Assembly (NCBI RefSeq): GCF_009834535.1
Contig: NC_045697.1
Coordinates: forward strand, 100,814,001-100,878,000
Length of the DNA stretch: 64,000 nt
Origin: Camelus ferus
Lineage: Eukaryota
Direction: 5' to 3'
Made by a program: the position numbers and the translations under genes. Of the stretch, positions 25,012-38,480 are shown one piece after another (the stretch's first letter is position 1; each line of letters begins with the position of its first letter). The notes under the pieces are model-generated. The model saw only the letters and a program-made list of their open reading frames with translations, was not told where the DNA came from and searched no databases.

Positions 25012-26626
25012 CTGTTAAACAGGGAAGGAGGGGGGTGGGGAGTTAGGGGAGAAAAGAAAATAGTATAGCATTCACACAGTAAAAAAATGCAACTGTAAAT
25101 ATCCTGAAATATAACACATTATCTTCTATAATACAGAGGTTTCTGAGGAAGTTTTTATGCTAACTACCCCCAAATGCATCCTGTGTATTTTTTTTTCCTC
25201 ACTGTGATACATCGACAAATGTAGCAAAAAAAGATTCCTTTTGCTTTTAGAGCAAAAAGGAAGAGACGCGATGATGCCGTTCTCGTGTGTTGAAGGCATA
25301 TGCACCGGCAAGACTTGAGTAAGCATCACAGCACCAATAGGCAAGACGCACGAATGAAACTAAAATACGGATCAGTCCATAAAAACAACCTGATAAAGAC
25401 ATCTTTGGAAAATGAAATGAGAAACACAGTATGTAGTGAAGGACATTGGACATGTCTGGCACATTTAAACTCCCCATCTATTACTACTGTGCCTGTATAA
25501 TGTATTTAAAGTTATAAAAGTGATTTATGGAAATGGCTTGGTATTTAAAATGAATGAAACACCTGACATGTCATCCTTGCCAGCCATAAGATTAGTTTAA
25601 CAAAACCCGACTCAGCACCCTTCCGTCAGTTTGGCTCGTAAGTTATGTTGTCTCCTGCTCGTCTTACTGAGATGAGGCCAAATCTATCCTCCTATGGACT
25701 CTCGATCTGAAAAGAAATCCATATTTGCAGAGTGACACAGTGAAAAATAAAAAGATTCTAAATTTCCAGGTTTTGTGTTTTCTTTGTAAATGAAAAATGG
25801 GCATTTGTAATTGGACTTACGAGCAGCTCCAACTACAGCACATCTGAAATACAACATGCTGATGTAAGTCAAAAATCAAAATTCTTTTCTATGGCATATT
25901 TCTTCAGTATTCAGAGAATTCAGAAATTCAGTTGTCGAGGCGTTTCTGATCTCTGTTAGCTCTACCAGGTTTTGAGGGAGAAAACTGGGCTGTTCTTCTG
26001 TCTATGAACAGTGCCCTGCAAAGTTACCTTCTAAACAAGCTGCTTAGAATCTATGGTCCCCTTTCAACCAGTCGCAGCCTCTGAGAACCTCCTACACAGA
26101 GATTTTTGACCTGGTGTTGAACACATCCAGTGGCCACATGTGGACAAACAGCAGTCATAATTATTTCAAATAGCAACCTGTCTTAGTTTAAAACATCAGA
26201 TCAGTCACGCTGGTTTGTGCTCTAGTGTTTCCTTGTTCAGTTAAGACCTGAGGACTATGAAGCCAGTGACAAAGTGAAGTAGAAGCTTCTCTGGAAAACA
26301 AATCGTTTCCCGAGCAAAAGGGAGGGTTAAGTAGTTCCTGTTGTCAGTTGTACAAGTAACTTGGCTACTCGTTACACTTTCTACTCCTCACTAGGTAGGA
26401 AATATGCAGTAGATTTTAAAGTATGGATACCTTTGACTGTGACTAAGAAAAGCATCCTCATCCAATATTATTTCTCTAATATCGTCACTAATAATCCTTC
26501 TTGTCCACTATTAAGATGAAGGTTGTTTGTAGCAAAGCTTAGTAACTGTGAAAACTTTGGTTCCTTTCCAGTGATCCTTGTTAAGGGTAAGTACATAGTC
26601 TCCTATATCATTTTTCTTCCTTCCTT

Positions 26627-26696
<70 letters not shown>

Positions 26697-26812
26697 CAGC
26701 TATCTATTTATTCACCCATCTGTCCATCCATCCATCTACCCACCCATCTACCATAACTATCTATCAATCTATCATCTATCTACCTACCTACCTACCTACC
26801 TATCTATCTATC
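26627..26812. repeat. Compound tetranucleotide microsatellite: (TCTA)17, then (TCCA)n/(CCTA)n
   Basis: Seen directly; source of the SIYL-repeat ORF 26523-26756. Confidence 0.95.
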
Positions 26813-29800
26813 ATGATATAAGAGTTATGTTTTGATTACAAATTTAGGTTAAATGTTAACCACCATCTATCAATAGAATACTATAGAAATACTCTCCCTT
26901 TCCCAGGGAGGCCACCTGCAGACAGGCTCTGGCTGAGGAACAGACTACTGGTTGACGAGTATGTTGCAAGGACCTTGTAACAGTCCTTACTCCAAATACA
27001 GGGGACTTATTCATACCAAATGGCATTTTTCTACAATTGCCAGAGCACATTTAATATTTTCCAGTCTGCTTGTTGAATATGCCTTCCAAGTAAAAGTACT
27101 ACATGAAAAGATTTTTTTTTTTTGAGGGGCAGCTTTATAATTGAATTAATTTGTTGTTTACTAACTTCAGTCTCTGGAGATTAGAATAATAAATTAAAAA
27201 TGCCTTTGACATAACCCTGCTATTATTCAGCTGGAATTAAAAGCAGTGTAGCAGACGAGGCTGCCAGAGCACATGGAGCTGGGGCTCTGACCGTGTCACC
27301 AAGTGCACACACGAAGCTGGGGTGGCTTTCTTGCATCCTGCTAAGAACAGCACTGAAGGTTATTTCTTCAGGGCCACCGATGAATTTTTCAACACTCTGC
27401 AAGTGTAAATGCAAAGGATGTGCTAAGTAATAATATTAGCAATTTCCTCGCCGGGAGATTATGACAAATAATTAATTAGTGGCTGCCCCTCACGGCACCC
27501 TGAAAATCCCGTGTCATTAGTTTTCACCATCCCTAACTGGTAGATCACCATGGAAGCGAATTACATTGGTGTCGCCACTGAAAATGTGACATGATCAGAC
27601 GTTTAAGGGCAGTTACTGAATCTGCAGCACAGAAAATGATTTTTTTTTCTTCAAAGAACTGTCAAAGCAATCACTTAAAATAGAAACAAGTAAAAGGAAA
27701 TGTCTCAGTCTTAAACACATCACTGCCTACAAGAGGAGACATTTCCTTAAATAAAACCCAACGTGCGTGACTTGATGATATTTGCTTATCCCCCCTTCTT
27801 TTCTACCAGCGACTTCTGATGCAGCCTAGATCACAAATCCCCCACTACAGGTCTCCTCTCAAATCGTTCAGACCTCTAAAGATGGAAGTCAGAGTCCTCC
27901 CAGCTCCCCCTGCTGGGCCATTGCTCGTGAATAGTGTCGCTACTTGGTATTTTATCCCTTTAACCACTCCAGCTCCTCAAGCTCCCCCGAAGGAAAATCA
28001 CCAATTAAAACTGAATTGAAGAATCTCTCCTTCTGACCAGAAAGTTGATTTCCTGCCACACTAAAATGAGACCATTTCACCTTTAATTACATCCAAGCTC
28101 AGAGCTATAGGCATACCATCTTGAAATTATGAGTCAAGATTTTAGAGCCAACATCTTACAGAGCTTTATTCGACTCTACAGTCATTTGATAAATCGATCT
28201 TAATAGAGCATCGTGTTTCAGGCTCTAGAATGTTAGATTGTGTCAGATTTTAAATTGGCAGATCTGTGTGAAAATGAATATAATGTGGGTCTGGTGTCAA
28301 AAAGAGCCTTGTGGGACAGAAGCCATAGAATTGGAGATTCTCAGATGTAAAGAGACTTTTAAAAAGTCTTCAAGTTGAATTACACCTTTTATATACGAGA
28401 AAATAAATTTAAAGGCTTTGCCCATGCTTCTACAACAGCAAGTTGCAAAAAAGGATCCCAAGAATGTAGTTTCCCTGATTCAGAGCATGCTTATATGATA
28501 GCCTGGTAAAATATGGGGAGAGGGTTTTTTGTTTTCAGTTCAGATCAAAGTCCAATTAGAAATCTGGTGACTCAAAATACTCTTAGATGCCAAATTATCT
28601 ACCAAAACTTTCCAAAAATTAAATTTAAAATAAAAAAAATTAAAAATATAAAGAAAAAACCACTTAAATATGGGGGAAATTTTAATGAAAGAATATCAAA
28701 GTTGGGATAATTTCCACTGGCCTCGAAGCAAGATTGCCTTTGTGGCCACTGAAACACCAGCCACATTTAAAATGCTTTCTTCATTGAAATGGATTTCAGA
28801 ACCTAATTCAAAATACTTTGTGACATTCATTGGAAAAGCCCCTAAATGGGGAAATTACTTAGAAGACATAAGACTATGTCACTGTTTGGAATGGCCAGGT
28901 CACAGAGTATTTCCAATAATCACGGACAAGTTTGCTATGAAAGAAAGAGCAGTATTAAGCAAGACCACACACTAAGGGGGGCAGGAGTCCTCCCCACAGG
29001 ACACTGCATGCATTTCTGGACATGGTATTGTAAGGGGAGGGCTACTGTGAACTCGGGGACAATAGAGCATGGTAGCCAGGAAGATGACTGGGAAAGCGGT
29101 CACTCAGAAAAGACTGAAGACAATGGGGATGAGAGCAATTCCACTGGCTTCGAGAAGAGGAACATTTATGCTTAAGTGGTTGATTTCAGATAGTCAAAGG
29201 TTCAGGAGTTTAAAGTTTGGACAATCCTGCAAAGCAATGGACATATGAACAATGAAGCAAAGGAAGCGATCTCCTATGTATCAGGTCCTATCATGGGACA
29301 GCTGCTTTATAGATATTATCTCATTCATTCCATACAAACAGTCCAACTGGTCAATATTATTATCTCCACAGGCTTAAAAGGATTACAAAACTTGCTCAAC
29401 TAGTAGATAGGGAATTTTTATCTCTGTCTTTCAAATGGAAAAAATACATTCTTTTCACTTCAGGGTTGGGATCCTTCAAGCAAGGATTTCCCGCTGCCTC
29501 TCAGAAACTGGCAGGTGTGATTGCTTGCTAGTTGCTAGATTAGATTAAGGACCTCTAAAATTTCTTTCATCTCTATCTCCCTGCGATTCTTTGATTTTAT
29601 TGAAACATAGCTGCATACTCTAGAGAAGCATACTTTTTCTACTAATAGAACAGATGACAGCTTAATAAGAAGGAATTGGGGTGTGTGGCAAAAATCAGAC
29701 TGCAAAGCATGTTGACATTGTATTTGGTCTCTAAAGTGGTTCTTACTCATTCTCATCTATTTGCAGAATTTAAAAAATAAACAGACATATTTGACTGTTT

Positions 29801-30079
29801 GAATTTCATTTTTCCCTGGTATGATGGCTTGCATTCTTCTTCCAATTCCACTCTTTTAGTTTACAAAATATTTGGAAAATAGGCCTACCTTCTTGTCAGA
29901 AGCAGCCAGGCTCCAAGTAGTGACACTTTCAGACAATACTTAACATTGCTTTGAAGAGAAAAAAAGTGCAGATCCCAGAAAGACAACTCAAGAAAAGATA
30001 GATAAAAGTGTTTCAGAAAAAAAAAAAATTAAAAAGAAAAAAAGAGAAAGAAAAAGAGAGAATGAGTTTGAAGTATAAT

Positions 30080-30300
30080 TGCATCCATCAGACCATTATC
30101 AGAAAATTGATTCCAGTGTTGATCTCCAAATTTTAGAAAGGGGACTATTTGGATGAGGTCCAGAAAGAAATATCATAAAGGATTAAAGGACTGAAGACAA
30201 AAAGCTTAGGAGGAAATGCTGAAGGTTAATTTTGTTTGGATAAAGGAGGCTAATACGCAATGTGACTGCTATATTTAAATGTACGTAGGACAGTGGTAAA
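30080..30300 (+). mobile_element. CR1/L3 LINE fragment
   Basis: 'ttggatgaggtccagaaagaaatatcataaaggattaaaggactgaag...gaggaaatgctgaagg' follows the CR1 RT C-terminal consensus. Confidence 0.55.
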
Positions 30301-31799
30301 ATAATTTCTGAGGTATTAAATTGTGTTTGGCTCTCTTATATTTTAGGCTGTAGCATAAAGCATGTGCCCCAGGGATTTTAGCAGTGCTGAAAGCAAGAGC
30401 TGCCTGAACTAAATAGATTTGGCGTTCTTTAATCTTATGACAGAGAAAATGTGAGATGTCCGTTGAGGGGGAAAAGGATCTTCGAGGGTTGAAAGAGAAA
30501 AGAGAGGGAGAGGGAGATAGAAGAGGGGAGAGGGAGAGAGAACATAGTGACTGTGGAGAATTCAAAGGGACAAACATTGGTGCCAGGAGGGTGGAACCTT
30601 GTGCATTGTTCTGTGTCTGTGTCTGGGAAGGGAGGACCACCAGAAGCGGGGAGATGCATCCAGGGAGGATGGCCCTCGCTCAGCTTTGCCAAAGATGCTC
30701 TTCTCTTGAGCTTGGCTTGGATGCAATGAAACGAAGGTGCTTAAAGGTACCATAATGATAAGAAACGAGCACTGTCAGTGGCTGATGATTGATACAGACA
30801 AACCTTCCAGATGTTTCAGTGCAAAAAAGGACCTGTCGCAAGAGGACAGCTCAAAATGATAGAGATTGACCTTCGCCCCACCTGGCTAGACAGGAACTGA
30901 AATGTGGAATGAAACTTGCTTAAAGAAATGATGTAAAAAGGAAACAAGTCAAACCATATTACACTATACATCCTTCAGTTAGTAGACAGACAGCCAGGGC
31001 CTGTTCTACAAAGAAATAAGTACATAGATGTAGACAGATGCCTACAACTCATTTTCTATTTCCCATGCAATGTAACAATTTTTAATTTGTATAGAAGCTC
31101 CTGCACGATGCCTTCATTTTCATCACTTCAAAGTAAGAGTCAGAAAGAAGAAACGAGACTAGCCTCTGAAACATTCTGTAAGTGTGTTTGTTGCTAAAGT
31201 ACGTAAAAAAAAAAAGAACCACCACGGTCTCATTGCTCTGGCTTGTCACCCTCCTGGAGTTGGGAGTCACTTTTATACTCCAGTGAAAAGGAAACCAACA
31301 AACAAAAATCTAGGACTTCTGATCCCATTCTCGATAAGCACCAGGCAGAGAATAATGAGGTTAAACCCATTGCCTTCCAGCTTCCCTGGTGTGACAGGGA
31401 ACTTGGCAGAGCAGGCAGCCTGACCCCATGGGCTGTTCTTAGTTCTCAAATGGAAATAAAAGACCACACATGCCTGGGTTATTCTGAAAGTAGCCTGGGG
31501 AAGTAGCAGGTATCAGTGAGAACAGATGCACATTTGGACAGGTGTAACAGGAAAGAAAACAGCCCAGCTCCCTAATGTCTATTCAGTCAAGTTTCCATCT
31601 TCCCTTTTAAAGAGAGAATGTTAACATCTACCCAATAGGATTACTGCGAGATTATGTAAAGGCACTGAACCACATTCTCAGCAATAAAAAATCAGTAAAT
31701 ACGTATTAAAAAAAGTCCCTCTTTATCCCTCCCCTTGCTACATCTCTGTTTTTGCGCAGACAAGGAATACCTTGACCAGACGTGCAGCTGCCAAGTTCC

Positions 31800-32830
31800 A
31801 GGTCTGTCCTCTCTAATGCTGAGGTGCCTCAGGATTTAGGACAGCAGACTCCACCTTCCTATACCATAGATACTGCCTCTAGGCAATTTCAACCAGTCTC
31901 ATAACTTAAATATCATTGTATGATGATGCATCTTACATTTCTCTCTCTACTTTACACCTCTTCCCTGAATTACAGACATATATCGCATCTTCACTTGGAT
32001 GCCTAACAGCCATTTTAAGGTCATGAAGGGGGCAGAATATGCCACCCCCAAGTATGTCACATTGGCATAAGGATTATTTTGAGCTGAAGGCACTTGAAAA
32101 GCAGCAGGGGCAGAAAAGATACTCTGACCTCCCCTTTCCTTCCTGGAAGCAGGAGATAAAAGTCCCATGAAAGATGCCCTCCCTCTACTAGGAGGAAAGA
32201 AACATTCTTGTCACCAGAGATGGGAGTCAATGCTGAGAGAGTTCTATACAACAGACCTAGATGAAGTGACTGTCTTCCTTTAGCTCCCCACCCCCACCCT
32301 GTGTGCGCATATATTTCAGTTAATTTTCCACAATTGCTTTTCTTTGTTCAACCTAGTATGAAAGCATTGAGGCTTTGACATTTCTTTGGGTCTTCATTTT
32401 CTTGGGATTGCCAAAAAAGAGTACATACAGAGTGCGTACGCTTTCTCCCGTTAATCTGTCTTACAGCAGTTTAATTCTCAAGCCCAGCCAGAGACCCTCA
32501 GAGGGCAAAGTTTTACTTCCCTTCCAGTTTCGAGGTCACATCTGAACTTGAGTCCACCTGCTCTCCCACCATTCCAAATCAGCTCCTCCCTTCCTTCCCA
32601 TCACAGGAAATGACACTCATCCACACTCAGACATTCATGTTACATTCATGTCAGGCATCTCAGTTCTCCATGATCCTTCTGCATTCTTTACACCCCACAT
32701 CCATCCTGTCAACCAGTCAGATCACTTTGCACTGTCTCCGCTACTGTAACCTGATTGTGATCCTCCATCACCTTGACTTGGTACCGATGGAAGCTGTTTT
32801 CCTGACTGCACCACTCTTGTTCCTCTAGTA
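31800..32830 (+). mobile_element. L2 fragment split by an LTR insertion
   Basis: 'catcttcacttggatgcctaacagccattttaaggtca' resumes after the LTR as 'ggtcacatctgaacttgag...cacaggaaatgacactcatccac'. Confidence 0.6.
32024..32526 (+). mobile_element. ERV1-class solo LTR, MER39-like
   Basis: TG...CA ends; 5' 'tgaagggggcagaatatgccaccccaagtatgtcacattggcataaggattattttgagctgaaggc' is characteristic of the MER39/MER93 group. Confidence 0.75.
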
Positions 32831-33679
32831 AGTTTCAATAAATCTTAATGTCTCCATGTAGACACATGGCAAAGCAACCAATGCACTCTTTTGGTTGCAT
32901 CCTAAAACCATTTTACTATAGAGCTTTTATGGAATGAAAATCCAGCTTTATAGCAGCTTCCCACAGGGAGCTGAGCTTGTCAAAAAGCAGTGATGCTTAT
33001 CCATCTGCAAGGAGATGGAAATATTTTCATCTGCTCAGCACTGAGATCAAAGCTCTTGAATCTTAAGGAGGGAGTTCAGCTATATCTTCTTTTGCACAAT
33101 GTCTTGGATCTCCCAGGTTTTGAATCCCTTCCCGCCCTTACCATTCTATGGGATAACCGTGACTGAGACGAATCCTGTCAACATTTTTCAAAGATGTAAT
33201 CCTGCTTTTGGTCTTCCTTGTCGCATCTGAAACGGATGGAGCTGAGCATGGACCAGTGCAACATCAGACATCATAATCGCAGCATTGATACTGTTAGACA
33301 TTTGCTTCCACCCACTCTTTGAATTGGAACTTCCAAAAGAACCAATTTAGAGTTTTTGCCCCTGGAGTGGTCATCATCTTCTCTGGAAGGATAGGGTCTC
33401 TCTCCTTCTCCATCCTTCAGTCTTTTCCCATTTCTATTTCCCAGTTCTCCCTTTACTCCCTCCATCTCCTGCAAACAGCACGATGCTATAATTTATGTTA
33501 GTAACTCCCAGAAGTGATGACTTATGAAAATCCTAGTGAAAGAGAATAAAGTAGATTCAAGAACCTTAGATTTCATTTTTGGATACAACAAGTGCATGAT
33601 TAAAAACATCAACAGTTACACAACTATGAAAATGACAGAATATAAAATAAAAATCCACCAAGGAGGGCTAACCTGAAGG

Positions 33680-34733
33680 TATAACTCAAAGTGCTTTACA
33701 TATATTATCAGTAATCTCTGCCACAGGAATTCCAAGATCAGTGAAGGCATCTTAGAGAAATAAAATTTTGTGATGGACAATGAAGGCTGAATAGAACTTT
33801 AATGGCTAGAAATTGGGTGTGGTTGCGGGGATGTAACTAACATGGAAAGACACGGACACAGGATAATGTCAGATGCATTTGGGAATGACCCACAGGCTGC
33901 TTTGGTTGTAATAATGGGGCAGCAAGGAAATAAATGAAGGCAGGAAAATTAAATGTTAGGACACTTTCTTTTTTGTTGTCTATATATTTTAGAGATTTCC
34001 TAACATAACACATACTTTGTGATAAGAAATTCAACTACATTGTTTTAAAATGAGATGAGGCTCTGTTGCAAATGTTTGTATTGTCAGTAAAAAATGTTGG
34101 GTGGGTAAGCACTGAGGACTCATGAGCACTGAAGTGGTGCGATTAGCTGTGTGCTGTAGTATAGCACCTGGTCCCAGTAGGTGGGATGGCTTGAGCCAGG
34201 ACCGTGGCAGGGATGGAATAAACTAGAGACATGGAGACCAATTAAGAGGCTGTTATAGAGGTCAAGACAAGAAATGATCAGGGCTTGAACTTGGAGTCCA
34301 GGGAAGGATGAGGAAGTTACAGATTCCAAAATAGAAGTGATTCAAAACATAGAATATCTGTTAAGAGTTTAGATAAGGGAAGATCAGGGAAAGAAAGTTA
34401 AAACAAAATATGTTCAGGTTTAGGGGGAAATGCATTCTATTCAAATATGCTGTTTTTTAAATTTGATTTTTCATTTTAATTTTTTATTGAATGGAAGATT
34501 CTTTAAGTTCTATACTGCTTTACAATTTTCAGAAGTTTCACACACATGATTTCATACAATCCCATAAAACCTTTTTTCCTTCCCACCTATATATTGCCCC
34601 TCCTTCCCGCCCTCTCCCCACTGTAACCACTAGTTTGTTCGCTTAGCATAATGCCCTCCAAGTCCATCCATGTTGCTGGAAATGGAAAAAAAAAAAAACA
34701 AACATTCTTTTTCATGGCTGAATAGTATTCCTG

Positions 34734-34788
<55 letters not shown>

Positions 34789-35500
34789 GTGTGTGTGTGT
34801 ATGTGTGTGATCTGTGATGGACACTTAGGTTACTTCCATGTCTTGGCTATTGTAAATAAAATGCTGCTTAATATGATATGTCTGATACAAGACTTTAGAT
34901 ATTTGCTATAAAAGGTAGGTCTAGACAGGATCTAAACCACAATACTATACCATCCATTTGGACAATTTCTGCAAATAGTGGGCTGTAAAGATTATATGAT
35001 AATCAGAGATGAGGGCTGATGGTATAATTCTGGGGAATGCCTGCATTTGAAGTCCAGGGAGGAAGGAGGCAGACAATGGACGACGACATAGCATATAGTC
35101 ACAGATTCAAAGAAAGAGAATTCAACCATCATGTCAGCTGGAGCAAGGAGGTTGCAAAGTAAATAAAGGTCACTCTATTATTATGTGACTTGTAGCCTTT
35201 GACTTTCAGTAGAATTTTAGAGACAGAAATTAGTTTGCAACTAACTGATAAATTAGTTTGCAACCAACTGACAAACTGATAAATGAGCAGCAAAGAATGG
35301 AAGGTAGCATTTTATTCTATTTCAACTGCTGGGTCCAGATCCTTGATGGTGGAAAGAAGAAGGAAGAAAGATATCACAGACCTTCAAAGAGTCAACAGGA
35401 TTGATGAATCTGTTCTGGGATATGTGAGGTGAGTATGCTTCGAGGCACAGAGGAAAGGGACTATGAAGAGGATTCAAGAAAATGGAAATAGGTGGTCATC
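33680..35500 (-). mobile_element. L2 fragments interrupted by an L1
   Basis: 'gactagagac/ggagaccaattaagaggctgttatagaggtcaagacaagaaatgatcagggcttgaact'-type antisense L2 sequence on both sides of the L1. Confidence 0.55.
34455..34870 (-). mobile_element. L1 3' fragment containing (TATC)n(TG)n
   Basis: 'cttagcataatgccctccaagtccatccatgttgctg', 'gatggacacttaggttacttccatgtcttggctattgtaaata'; microsatellite at about 34734-34809. Confidence 0.8.
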
Positions 35501-37989
35501 TTTTTCTTTTTTAGAAAAACAGTAGATATTTATGAGTTGAGGACTAGCTACAAAATGGGGAGCTCTCATTATTTATCAAAAAGTCCTTACAAAGTAGGAG
35601 TCCACTAACCAAAGCATTCCCTGACTCATCTGAACACGGAATGGAGGGTAAACATAACCTAGTGAGAAGCTTCATCTCTTTCCACTTTGTGACACAACCT
35701 GGAAACTTTATGTAAGATATTATCAGTTATTTAGTAAAGAAATAAAGCCAAGATGGAATTTCTAATCACCTAACCATCAATGTCATAAGAAACGACACCA
35801 TCTCTGCTGCTGGCAGTGTACTTGAAGAAGCATCTTTGCACACAGTTTTGAAGCCCAATGTCATGTACGTCCTAAGAGTTTACACTTTACATTCACATAC
35901 AGATTTCAAAACAGTGTCTGCTTCTCCCAAACTGATGTCTTTCCATATGGCTCTTTGGATTGAAGCCTTCCAATGATCATATAAACATAAAAATGACTAG
36001 TTAGAAGCAGGTATCAACACACATCATCAAAGTGACGACACCAGAATGCATTGTTCTGCTTCCTTTTTAATTTCTAATACTGCTAATGACTTTAATTATC
36101 TGATACTTGATTTTGTGTCCAACATGCTTTTCTGATTATGGCCACTGGGGAAGCCTTACAACTGGCTTCCCAGAACTTCAGTATTTGCCCCGAGTTAATA
36201 CATGATCTTAAAAGATACCCAGCTATCTTCTGCTGATACAGGTGGATACTTCCCCTTGTTTTTCTGTTCAGTGCTGAGTATTTCTTTTCCTTCTAAAAAT
36301 TGTTTTGGTACTATAGTCAATAGACCACGGATCTTGATTAATTTCCCTTTTTGAACTGTACCTCTCAAGCCCCTTTAAGGATACAGAATACAATGCCATG
36401 AAAATAACATTTTCTAAGATATCTGTGATGAAATAAGATGGAGAAATGCTGAGCTAAAAACTCAAACAGGACTTCTTATTTACACATTTATCCAAGGAAT
36501 ATTTTTTGAGTACCTACTTTGTACCTTCAATAAAAAGTTTGAACTGATTACAATCTAAGAATAAAAAGAAAGAGAAGGGGGCAATCACATAGAAAAAGTT
36601 GACTGATCCTGAAATGACGGAAGCCTCTAAATTCCAGGCTAAAGTACTTTAACGTTACTCTCTACACAGACGGAGTGACATGACTGGTGTTGAACTTCAG
36701 GAAAAACTCTTTGGGAGGAATGTGTGAAATAGATTGGAAAGTGAGGGACTAGAGGAAAGAACAGTCAAGAGACTACAGCAGTGGTCCAGGTAAAACGTAA
36801 CAAAGGTCTGGTGTAAAGCAAATGAAACAGAAATAAATGGGAGAAAAAAAACATATATATAAGATGGGCGGATGGGGTGAAGCAACATCTTGAACCTGCC
36901 TTTTAACAATAATAGACAGAAGTAGCAATTATAAATCATAAGACCCAGGAGAGAGTATTTTATGTCAAATACTTTTATTTGCCTTCTCTGTCCTCTTTTG
37001 TAACTACACTGATCAGATAATCAAACTGAGTCTAACAGAGCCATTATTTCTGACACTTGCAACCATTTTCTGCAATAATTCTTGAAATGGCTGTGCTGTT
37101 TGCCAAACAGATGGCTACCAGGGAGAGTACAAAATATCACTCAGAGCCAACCGTAGTAATTGCTTAGAGTTAACTTTTTTGATTAAAATAAAAAAAAAAT
37201 GTGTCAGTAGTTTCGTTCTAGTAGCACCAAGAGAAAACTAAGGGCCCCACAATTTCTTTTTCTGTCCGTTTGGTTTGCGCTTTGTTACACATCAGTCAGG
37301 AATCACATTCTGTATCGACTCTCTTCTGTTCAATTGAGCAAGACACAAAGACGCAGAGCTTAGAAAAAGGGTATTTTTTTCTACTCTTCTCTTGTTGAGG
37401 CTTCCTCTAAATTGCTTAAAGCTTTTCTTCAACTCAGACTGTCGGTGCTAGAAGGGAACCTTAGAGATCCCCTGGTCCAACCCTTTCATTTTGCAGATGA
37501 GAAAGCGGAGGCCTCCAGAGGAGGACCAGGGTCTCATTAGTGGTCCACGGGGTGCGGAGCTGGGAATGTGCACAGAGCAATTAGATGAATGATATTCTTC
37601 AGTTCCCACACAATGGAACAGCATCGTCTCTCATGCCTCATCCCTAATAGAGAGGAAGGGGTCCTTTCTCACTCTTCAGGTTTTTCACGTTGTGGGGACA
37701 AGGTGTCGAGCACATTTGGTGGAGAAATGCCCCGGGGACTGGGAGGGAGCAGAGCGGGAGACCATCCACATATGACTCATCGTGATCTCACTGTTCTTTA
37801 GAAATCCCTACAGTGCTTTGGTGCCTTCTTCTAGATAATTATGGTGTAAAAAATTAGCCTTTCTGAATCTGCCACTGTGGCTGCTGCTGCTGTTCTGGCA
37901 GCTTACAAACCACTGAGAATTCCAGGAAGGAAGAAAACAAATGGATGGGTTCCTAGAACATTCATTCATAAAGCAACAACTAAGCTTAT

Positions 37990-38240
37990 AGAAAGTAAGA
38001 AGGGTCGCCACGTATTGAGTACAGACTATTTCACCAATGCCAATCACTTCACCGCACTGATCTCCTTTAACCTTGACACCACTACTGTGAGGTATACAGA
38101 GATCCATTCTGCAAATGGGAACGCTCAGAAATATTAGGTAAATATCCAAGTGTACACTGGTAATAAGAGGTAGAGACAGAATTTGAATCCAGTTCCTTCT
38201 GACTCCTAAGTCTGTGCTCATAATAACTGTGTTGCACTTT
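37990..38240 (-). mobile_element. MIR SINE
   Basis: 'ccattctgcaaatgggaacgctcag...agacagaatttgaatccagttccttctgactcc'; source of spurious ORF 37808-38266. Confidence 0.7.
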
Positions 38241-38416
38241 CCTTTTCTACATTCTGCATCGTGCAAGAAACTGTGTAGATTTTAGTACCTGCATACGTGG
38301 CCTTACAGTCGACCTAGGGCAGCCCAACATACCCAGGGTGATTAGAGAAAAACAAGTAGCATTGCCATACGTGAAACAGAGGCTTTCAGTCTAAGGTTCT
38401 CAGTGTGGGCTTAGGC

Positions 38417-38480
38417 TTCAGGTGACCACACATCCCCTGTTTGCCTGGGATAGCCCCAGTTTATGCCTACTGCCCCAGCA
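38417..38480. mobile_element. MER81/MER94-like hAT fragment
   Basis: 'caggtgaccacacatcccctgtttgcctgggatagccccagtttatgcc'. Confidence 0.55.

Noticed and set aside
26523..26756. SIYL-repeat ORF (likewise 57608-58033 and 13450-13869)
   Set aside because: Translations of microsatellite or low-complexity tracts
37808..38266. 152-aa ORF, the longest in the track
   Set aside because: Largely a translation of a MIR element; no splice or homology support
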